Shown here one piece after another: positions 29,340 through 38,883 of a DNA stretch of 64,000 bases. The notes beneath the pieces were generated by a model. That model saw only the letters and a list, made by a program, of their open reading frames with translations, was not told the DNA's origin and ran no database searches. A program made the position numbers and the translations under genes. Each line of letters starts with the position of its first letter. Within the stretch, counting starts at the first letter, position 1. Source of the DNA: a virus; the IMG/VR virus record IMGVR_UViG_3300003177_000005, positions 55,560 through 119,559 of that record; one strand, written 5' to 3'.

Positions 29340-32306
29340 ATGATTATCAATGTTACAAAAATAGATGGACGAAAAGAACCACTAAATATAGAGAAGATAA
29401 GAAAATATACTAAAGGGTATGTACCAGGTAATGATGAAAATATGGTAGCTGAATTAGAATCTGATGTTCAATTACATTTTAAAGATGGGATGAGCACAGC
29501 TGATATACATGATGCCCTTATACGAGAGTGTACACTTAAAACTGATGTTGGTAAATTAGAGTGGGATAAATTTGCTAAAAACTTATTTGTTTCCAATTTT
29601 AAATATAGACTAAAAAAAGATAAAAATATATTTGATCTTAAATCTTATATAAGAGAAAATAAAGATAGACTTAATGATCGTATACTTTCATATACTGAAG
29701 ACGAACTAAATCTTTTAAAAGAAGAGATTAATGAGGATAATGACTTTAAAGAATTTACTTATAATGGTATCGTTACATTACTTAATTCTTGGGCAAATAA
29801 AAAAGGCGATAGTATTATAGAAACTCCTCAATATCTTTATATGGGTTTAGCTATGTTTTTGGCTAGTAATGAAGAAAGAGATAGTTGGGTTTATTGGTCT
29901 AAGAAGTTCTATTATGTTTTAACTAATCATTATGCATTAATGGGTACACCAACAATGAGTAAATCTAGATCAAAAAGACCACAGTTATCTTCTTGTTATG
30001 TTGGTGCAACTCCAGATAGTATCGAAGGTATAATGGATGCTAATAAGACTATCTCTATACTATCAAAGTTTGGTGGTGGTATCGGTTGGGATTTTTCTCC
30101 AATACGAAGTGTCGCATCTGAGATAGATGGTTATAAAGGTGTAGCTGGTGGTTCAATTCCATTCCTAAAAATAACTAATGATGTAACATTAGCTGTAGAC
30201 CAATTAGGTTGTGTGGTTAAGGATAGTTATGTAAAAGTTATAGATGATATTAATGAAATTAATGAAAGAATTATTCCTATTTATAAACTAAAAAAGGGTG
30301 ATTTGATTAAATCTTACAATCATACTTTAAATAAAGTTGAATATCAAACAGTATTAGAAACATATGACTTAACAGTAGAGATTAAGGACCAGGTTTTAAT
30401 AGTATTCGAAAATGGCGTAAAATATTTAACATCTGCTTGGCACCCTGTTCCAAAATTGATAGATGGTGAATATAAATATGTTCGAGCTGATAGTATAAAA
30501 GAAAATGATATAACTGTTGGTGATAATGGTGAAGAGTTAAAAATTGTTAGTGTTAAACACGGTGAAGAAACCGGTAGTAAAACAAATGTATTTTTCGATA
30601 TTACAGTTAAGGATAATAATAACTATTTCTGCGCATCGTTTAATTCGGATAATAATATTTTCGGACTTATTCACAATACTAGACCAGGGGCCTTAGCACC
30701 ATATCAAAATACTTGTTCATTAGAAATTATTGATTTCCTAGATTTAAGAAAAAATTCTGGTGAAGAGCGTAGAAGAGCACACGATTTATTTTTAGCAGTT
30801 ATTTTAGAAGATAGATTTATGGAAGCTGTGGAAAATGATGAAGAGTGGTTGTTAGTAGACCAATATGAAGTTCCTGAATTAATACACGCACAATCTGGTG
30901 AAGTGTTTAAAAGTAAATATGAAGAAACTTTACAAAGATTTAGAAACAATGAGTTAAAATTAGGTAAATTAGTTAGTGCTAAAGATTTATGGAAAAAGAT
31001 AATAAGAAGTTATTATGAAACTGGTTATCCATTCTTATTCTTTAAGACAACAGCTAATGAAAAACATATGGGAACTGGAACTATCCGTAGTAGTAACCTT
31101 TGCACAGAGATTTTTCAAGCTACAGCTCCTGCCGAATATGATATGGTTGTTTATATGGAGACAGGAAATAAGATAGAATCTATCTATATACCTAGAACAT
31201 CATTAATCAAAATAGGTGTAAGAAATAAAGATGGTAAGATTAAATATAGATCAGGAACAATTAAGGAGATAACAGCTGCAACAGACTCAGTATATGTTAC
31301 ACTTAAAAATCCAAATGATAAAGAAGATGAATGGACAGGTCAAGAGTTTATTTTAGAGAATATTCTAAATGCAGAGTTAGTTAAAGATAAAGTTTCCGAA
31401 GAGTTAGCAGTTTGTAACTTATCATCTATTAACTTAGCTAAGATAAATACAAAAGAAGCTTTTGAAGAAATTATACCTATTGTTGTTCGTATGTTAGATA
31501 ATGTTATTGATCTGAACTTCTATCCAGTATTAGCAGCGGCTCTAACTAATAAACGAACTAGAGCTATTGGCTTGGGTGTAGCTGGTGAAAATGAACTAAT
31601 AGCAGGTAAGGGTATACATTATGGTTCAGAAGAGCATAAAGAGTTCGCTAATGAGCTTTATGAGATGTTTGCATATTACACAATAAAAGCTAGTGTTGAC
31701 TTAGCTAAAGAAAAAGGTAAGGCACCTGCTTTTGATGATTCTAAATGGGCTAACTTTGATCATAAAGAGTATAGTACATTAGCATCAAAGATTCCTGAAG
31801 ATGAATTAGATATACCTAAACCAAAATACTTTATGGACTGGGTAGGTTTAGAAAAAGATATTAGAGAGAATGGTATGAGAAATATTTATCTTATGGCTAT
31901 TGCTCCTACTAGTACTATTGCTAGTGTACTTGGAACAACAAGCAGTATCTCACCAATAATTAATAAGTTAACATTTGAATCTAATTCTAAAGATCATCTA
32001 TTGGCTAAGTACCCATCTAACTTATCAGCTGAAACTTGGAATTTCTATACAAATGGATTTAAGATAGATCAAATCGAAGCTATAAAGGTTAACGCTATTC
32101 GTCAGCGATGGATTGACCAAGGTATATCTTATAATGTTAGAGTATTACAAGGAGATGTAACTGGAACAGACTTACATAATATCTATATGACAGCTTGGAA
32201 ATATGGTATGAAATCAACATACTATTTAAATAGTATACCAAAAGAAAAAGAAGAGGAGAAACAAAAATATAAAGAAGATCAAATAACTTGTGTAAACTGT
32301 GAATAA
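29340..32306 (+). CDS. nrdA: Class Ia ribonucleotide reductase alpha subunit with intein
   Basis: ATP cone, TPTM, QLSSC, GGGIG, SNLCTEI, CNLSSINL, RAIGLG, IAPTS, KSTYY, C-terminal CVNC. Confidence 0.97.
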   Translation: MIINVTKIDGRKEPLNIEKIRKYTKGYVPGNDENMVAELESDVQLHFKDGMSTADIHDALIRECTLKTDVGKLEWDKFAKNLFVSNFKYRLKKDKNIFDLKSYIRENKDRLNDRILSYTEDELNLLKEEINEDNDFKEFTYNGIVTLLNSWANKKGDSIIETPQYLYMGLAMFLASNEERDSWVYWSKKFYYVLTNHYALMGTPTMSKSRSKRPQLSSCYVGATPDSIEGIMDANKTISILSKFGGGIGWDFSPIRSVASEIDGYKGVAGGSIPFLKITNDVTLAVDQLGCVVKDSYVKVIDDINEINERIIPIYKLKKGDLIKSYNHTLNKVEYQTVLETYDLTVEIKDQVLIVFENGVKYLTSAWHPVPKLIDGEYKYVRADSIKENDITVGDNGEELKIVSVKHGEETGSKTNVFFDITVKDNNNYFCASFNSDNNIFGLIHNTRPGALAPYQNTCSLEIIDFLDLRKNSGEERRRAHDLFLAVILEDRFMEAVENDEEWLLVDQYEVPELIHAQSGEVFKSKYEETLQRFRNNELKLGKLVSAKDLWKKIIRSYYETGYPFLFFKTTANEKHMGTGTIRSSNLCTEIFQATAPAEYDMVVYMETGNKIESIYIPRTSLIKIGVRNKDGKIKYRSGTIKEITAATDSVYVTLKNPNDKEDEWTGQEFILENILNAELVKDKVSEELAVCNLSSINLAKINTKEAFEEIIPIVVRMLDNVIDLNFYPVLAAALTNKRTRAIGLGVAGENELIAGKGIHYGSEEHKEFANELYEMFAYYTIKASVDLAKEKGKAPAFDDSKWANFDHKEYSTLASKIPEDELDIPKPKYFMDWVGLEKDIRENGMRNIYLMAIAPTSTIASVLGTTSSISPIINKLTFESNSKDHLLAKYPSNLSAETWNFYTNGFKIDQIEAIKVNAIRQRWIDQGISYNVRVLQGDVTGTDLHNIYMTAWKYGMKSTYYLNSIPKEKEEEKQKYKEDQITCVNCE
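30210..30677 (+). mobile_element. Mini-intein (156 aa) in NrdA
   Basis: Inserted between VDQLG and TRPGA; starts with Cys (CVVKDS), block B TSAWHP, block F FDITVKDNNNY, ends His-Asn before Thr; no endonuclease domain. Confidence 0.92.
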
Positions 32307-32381
32307 TACTAGGCAGGAAAACCTAGTATTATTCTAGGTGTTTTTTAAATATATTTCTTTGAGATAAAAGAAAGGGTTAAC

Positions 32382-33422
32382 ATGTATACTTTTTTAGATA
32401 ATTATATGCGTTTTGGTAAAAAGGGTTTTAATAATATTGCTTTTCCTAGACGCATTCATAAAGCTAACATAGTACGCCTTAAGGATTATTATAATAGATA
32501 TCCTAATAAGGTAAATAACAGTAATATATTTGCTAGGATGTTAGATTTTGCACCTATAAATATAGACGATTCAATTTATGATATATTAGATCAAATACCA
32601 AGAGCTACATCTTTAATTAAACACACATTCCCAGTAATAACTAACTTTAAAAAAGATATTGTCTGGCAAAGAAAATTTATAGGTGGTTTTGCACAGGTTT
32701 TAACAAAAGACTATAAAAACAATTTCACATATAAAATAACAGAAGAATTAATCACTAATGATTTTAGAAAAATTGAACCATTAAAAGTAATTTATCATAA
32801 TGGTTACAATAACTCATATAGACACCCTTCTAATTTTAGAAATACAGAGACAATATTATATTTAGATATTGAGCTTATGTTAGTTCAGTATAAATTATGG
32901 AGAGATAATCAACTTTTAAAGAATGGTGTGTATACATCAGACTATTATGTTTATAATGTTTTATTAGCTGATATCATACCAGAGTTTATAGATTTAACAG
33001 TTTTAAATTGCATCTTAAATAATAATGATAAACTTAAGTTTACAAAACAACCAGCTTATATAGAAGATATTTCGAGTCATATTTTAAAATATGTTAAAGA
33101 GTATAAAAAGAAGAAATATTATTTATCGAATTATGAAGGTGGCGCAGTGGCTCAAATGCCAGTAATACATAATGAGGTTATGTCAGATATTTTTAAACTT
33201 GATACTGATATAAGTTTTCATAATTATATACTTTACATTTATGCAATATTTCCAGTTATAGAATTTGTTTTGAGAGAAGATAAGAATTTTATAAATAAAG
33301 GTTTATTTAGTTCAGAATTTCTTTATAATGATATGTTTACAAATACAAGCGAATTAAAAGATATCGGAACTAAAGAATTTTTAGACAAATATAATAAAGT
33401 ATTAGAAAAAGTAGGAGAATAA
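32382..33422 (+). CDS. Conserved phiKZ-like core protein (positional gp52 equivalent)
   Basis: Two genes upstream of the chimallin candidate; assignment by size and synteny. Confidence 0.55.
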   Translation: MYTFLDNYMRFGKKGFNNIAFPRRIHKANIVRLKDYYNRYPNKVNNSNIFARMLDFAPINIDDSIYDILDQIPRATSLIKHTFPVITNFKKDIVWQRKFIGGFAQVLTKDYKNNFTYKITEELITNDFRKIEPLKVIYHNGYNNSYRHPSNFRNTETILYLDIELMLVQYKLWRDNQLLKNGVYTSDYYVYNVLLADIIPEFIDLTVLNCILNNNDKLKFTKQPAYIEDISSHILKYVKEYKKKKYYLSNYEGGAVAQMPVIHNEVMSDIFKLDTDISFHNYILYIYAIFPVIEFVLREDKNFINKGLFSSEFLYNDMFTNTSELKDIGTKEFLDKYNKVLEKVGE

Positions 33423-33423
33423 T

Positions 33424-34182
33424 ATGAGTTTTTTAAATTATGCAGTTAGACGAGTAAAGGGCATGGGTATACCCCCAAGGCTTTTGTCATTGATTTTACA
33501 AAATACAGATGTAGCTAAGAGACAGTCTTTAGATTATTTAATAAGGACAAAGCTTTTAGAACCACATATTATGAAAGATTTACTAAGTTCCTCTTCTCAA
33601 AATTTAGAATTAGATTTAAGTCAAGTTAATTTACGATATGCTGAAAATGGTGTCTATATAGAAGTTCCAGATAGTGTTTTAAAAAATAGAGACATATTAA
33701 GTTTTGTCTCATTAACAGTTTCTAAAACAGGTAATATAATGTCCAGTTCTGGATCTTTAACAGAGATTGTAACTGAAAGACTTTCTGTTTTGAGTGGAAG
33801 TGGTGTACCATTAGAATATGTTTTCTTAGAACGATTAACCGATAATATATTTTTTTTAAGTAATTTAAATATTGTTGGTAATGGAACTTTAAGATTCGAA
33901 GTAACTAATGATAAACAACTAAAGGATTTAAATCCTACATATCACCATAAGTTTGCTAAGTTAATAAATTCAGGTGTTAAAGCCTTACTGTATAATAGTT
34001 TTATTATGGACCTAAATGAAGGTATAATTTTTAATGGTAGAGATGCTGATTATATAGAGAATATAGTTAGTAAATGGGAAGGTGAAGATGAAACATATTT
34101 CGAAGAGCTCGGAAAAGCCAGAAAGATATTCTTAATGAATAATCAACAGTTTATGGACGACTTAATTAATACATCTATCTGA
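33424..34182 (+). CDS. Conserved phiKZ-like core protein (positional gp53 equivalent)
   Basis: Directly upstream of the chimallin candidate. Confidence 0.55.
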   Translation: MSFLNYAVRRVKGMGIPPRLLSLILQNTDVAKRQSLDYLIRTKLLEPHIMKDLLSSSSQNLELDLSQVNLRYAENGVYIEVPDSVLKNRDILSFVSLTVSKTGNIMSSSGSLTEIVTERLSVLSGSGVPLEYVFLERLTDNIFFLSNLNIVGNGTLRFEVTNDKQLKDLNPTYHHKFAKLINSGVKALLYNSFIMDLNEGIIFNGRDADYIENIVSKWEGEDETYFEELGKARKIFLMNNQQFMDDLINTSI

Positions 34183-34369
34183 TTTATTCAGATGGGTGTA
34201 TTTTAATTTTACCCTTTTTTTCTATTATATGAAGAAATAACTTCAGGATGACAATTTTTGATTGTCATCATTGCGGTGGTGTAAATCATACTTTTTTTAC
34301 ACCTATATAATTTAATTGGATTATAACTATAATCCGAGCTCGGAGTAAAATAAAAAAAGGATTAAAAAA

Positions 34370-36154
34370 ATGCCAGATATCAAGTTTACAGGTCTAGATG
34401 ACCAAGAAACAACAAGTGGTGCTACAGCTAGCACAGGTACAGGAAGCAGTACAGGTAGTACAGCAAGTAATAGTGGTAATAGTGGAGCAACTTATACTGC
34501 ACCTATTACAGACAGATTAACACTAGATCAAGATGATTTATTTGGAAGAGATAGCAATGTTGGTCCATTTATAGAACAAATTGAAAATTACTTAAAAGAA
34601 AAAAAATTAAGTGATAGATTTAAATTCGCAGCTATAACAACAACTTGGAATAAGAAAAGTTATCCAGGTATCGCTATGACTTTTACTAAACCAACAGGTA
34701 TGGTGTATGGAACTGCTGTAATGTTACCGTTCTTAGATAGATTAGTTTCTCTACAAGAAGCAGAACATCAAATGCAGAGAACAAAGTCATTTAAAACAAC
34801 TGGTAGTTACTTAGATGAAGACTTCTTAGTAAAAGCTAAAGAAGTTATTGAAACAGAACTAAAACAGGTGGTAAGCAAGTTTATGAAACCAGTAGCCATA
34901 AACTATGAGACTATGTTCTTAGATTCTATTAAAGAGCACCTATGGCTATTGCATAGCTTTGCTACAAAAGTAGATGAAGGGATGGAATTCAACATTGCAA
35001 AACCATTCAGAGACCCAGCAATAAAAGCTGCTGCTAAAGTAGAATTATATGCATCTCGAGATACAAAACCAGAGGTTCGTGCTGATTGGACGCTAACAAC
35101 TAGTGTAGAACCTGAGACTCAAGGTGGTGATGGAGTAACACAATTCCCGATCGCCAATACAAGCGGTTATGTTGATTATATCTTTACAGGTAACGACCCA
35201 GCGAAAAAACAAATACCAGGAGCTAAACCGTTTCTATTGATACCAGTGGTTTATATCACTGATGTTGATACATCTGTTAAAACACCTAACGGTTTTGCCT
35301 TAGGACTTGTATCAAGTTTCTTTGGTGTAGTTAGTTGGACTAAGTTAGCTATGATGGCGGGACAAGGTAATGGTACTCAAGCTATTAATGACCCAGGGAA
35401 TATTAACCCTTTCTTACACGTTGATGCAAATAATAAACCAGCAAAAGCAGTTAAGATTGTATCGGACAAAAAGAAACCTGCTGGTCAAGTAGAAGCAGAA
35501 TTAATGTCTTTAACAGCTGATGGGGTTGGTGGGCATGCTAAACCATTAGTAGGGTGTCAAATCAGACTACAAGATAAATACTCTGTGCTTGCACAAGATT
35601 TATTGAAACTAGTTGTTAATACAGATTACAGTGCTGGACAGAACTTAGTTAAATCTTTAAATATTCTAACAGATGGACATTTTCCATTGAATTTCCCAGT
35701 TGATAGAATTGTTTATAAGAAGACAATTACAGTAACAGGATTTAATGTTATTAATGAAACAAGAGTACCATTTGATATTCTTGATACAGCTTGGAGTGCA
35801 ACAGTTAATGAGAAAACTTTCAATGCACATGTACAAGTTGCAGAATCTAGCCCTAATGCTAATGCAGTTAGACTTGATGAAGTAAAAACATTTAATAAAC
35901 ATTTAGACTCTGCTATCCTAACTGATACGGAAGTGAAGTTCATCTTCCAGGAGACATTTGTACACGCAATCAAAAATGCATTAGTAAAAGCCGGATTTAG
36001 ACCTACTAATGATAGATTAACCACACAGACTACTTATGGAGTAACTACTAATGTTACAGATTTTGTAACAGCAATGGTAACAGATAATATTGGATATGCG
36101 GCAACAAATACAACTACAGATGTTTATACACAGCCAATATACAGTATTAATTAA
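34370..36154 (+). CDS. chmA: Chimallin (phage nucleus shell protein) candidate
   Basis: 594 aa, low-complexity S/T/G N-terminus and T-rich C-terminus, VRADW and SGYVD..PVVYIT-like motifs, own promoter and terminator, directly upstream of the nvRNAP beta' gene as in phiKZ gp54-gp55. Confidence 0.75.
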   Translation: MPDIKFTGLDDQETTSGATASTGTGSSTGSTASNSGNSGATYTAPITDRLTLDQDDLFGRDSNVGPFIEQIENYLKEKKLSDRFKFAAITTTWNKKSYPGIAMTFTKPTGMVYGTAVMLPFLDRLVSLQEAEHQMQRTKSFKTTGSYLDEDFLVKAKEVIETELKQVVSKFMKPVAINYETMFLDSIKEHLWLLHSFATKVDEGMEFNIAKPFRDPAIKAAAKVELYASRDTKPEVRADWTLTTSVEPETQGGDGVTQFPIANTSGYVDYIFTGNDPAKKQIPGAKPFLLIPVVYITDVDTSVKTPNGFALGLVSSFFGVVSWTKLAMMAGQGNGTQAINDPGNINPFLHVDANNKPAKAVKIVSDKKKPAGQVEAELMSLTADGVGGHAKPLVGCQIRLQDKYSVLAQDLLKLVVNTDYSAGQNLVKSLNILTDGHFPLNFPVDRIVYKKTITVTGFNVINETRVPFDILDTAWSATVNEKTFNAHVQVAESSPNANAVRLDEVKTFNKHLDSAILTDTEVKFIFQETFVHAIKNALVKAGFRPTNDRLTTQTTYGVTTNVTDFVTAMVTDNIGYAATNTTTDVYTQPIYSIN

Positions 36155-36172
36155 ACCTTAATTAAAAAACTA

Positions 36173-36218
36173 CAGTTAGTCAATTATATTGACTAACTGG
36201 TTACACTAATTTTTTTTA
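36173..36218 (+). terminator. Terminator after the chimallin gene
   Basis: CAGTTAGTCAAT/ATTGACTAACTG stem with a downstream T-tract. Confidence 0.65.
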
Positions 36219-36232
36219 ATCAAAGGGGTAAA

Positions 36233-37705
36233 ATGTTACACGGGAGCTATTTAGACCAAACTGCTATGTTTATGCATAGTAAAAATGTTTTTATTGTAAA
36301 TGATGCTCCAGAAGGAGTTAAATCTATAGCTGAATTAAATAATTATTTAGCAGCCGTATATAGTGGTGATACATTTAGTACGGTACCAAAGTGTAGTTGT
36401 GTCGGTGATAAAGCTTGGGTAAATAAAGGATGGGCTAACCTTGGTAAGTTTTGTAAGGATTGTCAAGATATAGTTAGAGACCCTTTAGAATTTCAAGGTG
36501 TTAAAATCTGGTGTCGTCGTTTAGAGGGTGCTGGGCGATTTATTAATTTAACTTTTTATCAACAACTAGGTGATATAATAAATAGGAAAAACTTTAATAC
36601 TCTACGATGGTTAACTGACCAACAATATAATCCCCCATCCTTAAAGGATAATGTTGCTTTAACAATGACTTATAAATCTATCAATGGATTTACAAGAAAT
36701 TATACTTGGTTTACAAAGAATGTAGAGAAGATTTTAGTTGCTACAATACATAGTAGTTTCTTTTCTAAGAAAGATAAGCAAGATAAAGTAGAAAGTTTAA
36801 AATTACTACTACAATTTTTTAAAGAGAATAAGAGTAAAATGTTCTTTGATTATCTACCTTTAATAGGTAGTGACTTATTTGTACAAGAAATAAGGAAAAA
36901 GGGTAAGGCTGTTGATACTAATCTAGTTTCAGGTGATATTTTGGATATAGCTATCAAGTATCTAGAAGAGTCTAAGAAAACTTTAACACCTGAAAAAGCT
37001 GATATGATAACAGCAAGAGTTTTAGAAAAGATAACAGAAGTATATAGAGAGATAGATAAGAAATTTTTATCTGGTAAAACTAAGATGTTGCGTAGACAAA
37101 TCTACGGATTCTCTGCTACATATACTGGTAGATGTGTAGCAACACCTCTTAGTGATAATTACAGATACGATCAAGTTGTTTTACCTTGGTCTATAGCTTT
37201 AACTATGTTTCGACCAGCTATAATAAACAAGTTAGTTAAAAAGAAGACTTATAGTTATAGAAAGATTGCCCAGATGATGGATTTAGCAACTACACATTTT
37301 AATAAAGAGATATACGATATAATGTTAGAACTAATAGATGAGTCATTTGACCCTAGAGGTATACCATCATTAATTAATAGAAACCCAACATTATTACCAG
37401 GTTCTATATTAATGTTATATATAGCTGGTGTAAATAAGAATCCTAATGTTAAGGTTATAGCTATTTCGGCATTAATAGCTGCTTGGCCTAACTTGGACTT
37501 TGATGGAGATAACTTAAATATTAAACTTATAACCGATAGATTATTATATTCTTTGTTTAAACGCTTTGAAGTTGAAAATAACATGTATAATATAAAAGAC
37601 CTTTATAAGTTATCAGGTGGAGAGACTCCTACAAAGACTACAATATCTCTTTTAGCAACTAGGTTATTGAGAAGTAGAGAGAGAAATAAAGAACTATTGT
37701 TATAA
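36233..37705 (+). CDS. Non-virion RNA polymerase beta' N-terminal subunit (phiKZ gp55-like)
   Basis: Zn cysteines CSC..CKDC, GKTKMLRRQIYG..GRCV, NRNPTL, catalytic NLDFDGD. Confidence 0.9.
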   Translation: MLHGSYLDQTAMFMHSKNVFIVNDAPEGVKSIAELNNYLAAVYSGDTFSTVPKCSCVGDKAWVNKGWANLGKFCKDCQDIVRDPLEFQGVKIWCRRLEGAGRFINLTFYQQLGDIINRKNFNTLRWLTDQQYNPPSLKDNVALTMTYKSINGFTRNYTWFTKNVEKILVATIHSSFFSKKDKQDKVESLKLLLQFFKENKSKMFFDYLPLIGSDLFVQEIRKKGKAVDTNLVSGDILDIAIKYLEESKKTLTPEKADMITARVLEKITEVYREIDKKFLSGKTKMLRRQIYGFSATYTGRCVATPLSDNYRYDQVVLPWSIALTMFRPAIINKLVKKKTYSYRKIAQMMDLATTHFNKEIYDIMLELIDESFDPRGIPSLINRNPTLLPGSILMLYIAGVNKNPNVKVIAISALIAAWPNLDFDGDNLNIKLITDRLLYSLFKRFEVENNMYNIKDLYKLSGGETPTKTTISLLATRLLRSRERNKELLL

Positions 37706-37715
37706 AGGAGTTAAA

Positions 37716-38312
37716 ATGGCTGTAATAACAACAGGAAATAATATAGACCCTTTTTCAACTATCTTGGCATCAGCTGATCAACATCAAGCATATGCTAATG
37801 TTATTGCTGAACGATATAAAGGGTTACAAAATAGTATTGGTACAATTAGTACAAGTGTTATGAATACTATTAGAGATAGTTTAGAATATGTTAATAGTTC
37901 AGAATTTATAAATACTGTTAAACGAGTAACTAGACTAGTAGGTACTCAAGTTGATGATAATATTATACATGTTGTTAATAATGTTAACTTGAACAATTTA
38001 ACAACTAGAACTAGAAATACTATGATGGAAGAACCAACATTAATGAGATTATATCAAAATGGTATTTATGATGAAGAGTTAATGAAAGGATATGTTGATC
38101 CATGCCCAAGTATTAATAAACTCGAGGATAGACCAAGCTATCAAGCTATAGTTAATGGTTTTAGTTATAGTACAGGTGAAGAAACAACACCAAGAACTAT
38201 ATATAATTCTACAGAAGAATTTGAAGAGTATGGAATAATTGATAAGTTAACAATAAGTTTAAATTGGGACAATGTCTCCAAACTTATCTCTGATGGTGTA
38301 GATGTTATTTAA
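37716..38312 (+). CDS. Conserved phiKZ-like core protein
   Basis: AAGGAG RBS; synteny after the beta' gene. Confidence 0.7.
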   Translation: MAVITTGNNIDPFSTILASADQHQAYANVIAERYKGLQNSIGTISTSVMNTIRDSLEYVNSSEFINTVKRVTRLVGTQVDDNIIHVVNNVNLNNLTTRTRNTMMEEPTLMRLYQNGIYDEELMKGYVDPCPSINKLEDRPSYQAIVNGFSYSTGEETTPRTIYNSTEEFEEYGIIDKLTISLNWDNVSKLISDGVDVI

Positions 38313-38381
38313 CATCTCACTATCTTTTTATTTTTTATTTTTAACAAGTTATAATGAAGAAACATATAAAAGGATTATAGA

Positions 38382-38880
38382 ATGAGTATTAACAGGAAGA
38401 TTAAACGAAACCAAGAGAATAATAAAAAGCAAGATGAATTTGCTAAGTCTCTAGAGGCTAGTACAATAATTGGTAGACTAAAAGGTTTATTAGGTGTAAT
38501 TAAAGATGTATCAGATACAATTAAAAAATTAACTTCTTTAACTAAAGTTGATGCTGATATTGAATTATTAGAAGGTTATACTGAGTCTTTAACTTGAGTC
38601 TTTAACTTCATTAATTAAAGATGTTGAAACCGTTTTAGAGAGATTTAAAACAGTAGGTATTTATGAAGTAGCAAAGATTTTGAAAGATGATATTGAAAAA
38701 ACACAAGAGTTGGTGCAGATTAGTCTAGAAGTTGATTGTATTGAAATTATAGTTAAAAGAATTCAAATGAACATTTTTGAAAAATTTGCTCCTAATATAA
38801 CTGTTAAAGAGAAAGAAACACTTCAAATGTTAGATACAGTAATGGATACTGCTGAAACTTTATTAGAACAAGGAGTTTAA
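38382..38880 (+). pseudogene. Gene split by a 13-bp tandem duplication (161 aa if repaired)
   Basis: TGAGTCTTTAACT twice at 38582-38607; removing one copy fuses ORFs 38382 and 38680. Confidence 0.75.
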
Positions 38881-38883
38881 ATT

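Noticed and set aside
31110-31410. Second intein in NrdA between NLCTEI and VCNL
   Set aside because: No Cys/Ser start or His-Asn end; a comparable insert is native to Helicobacter/Campylobacter-type NrdA
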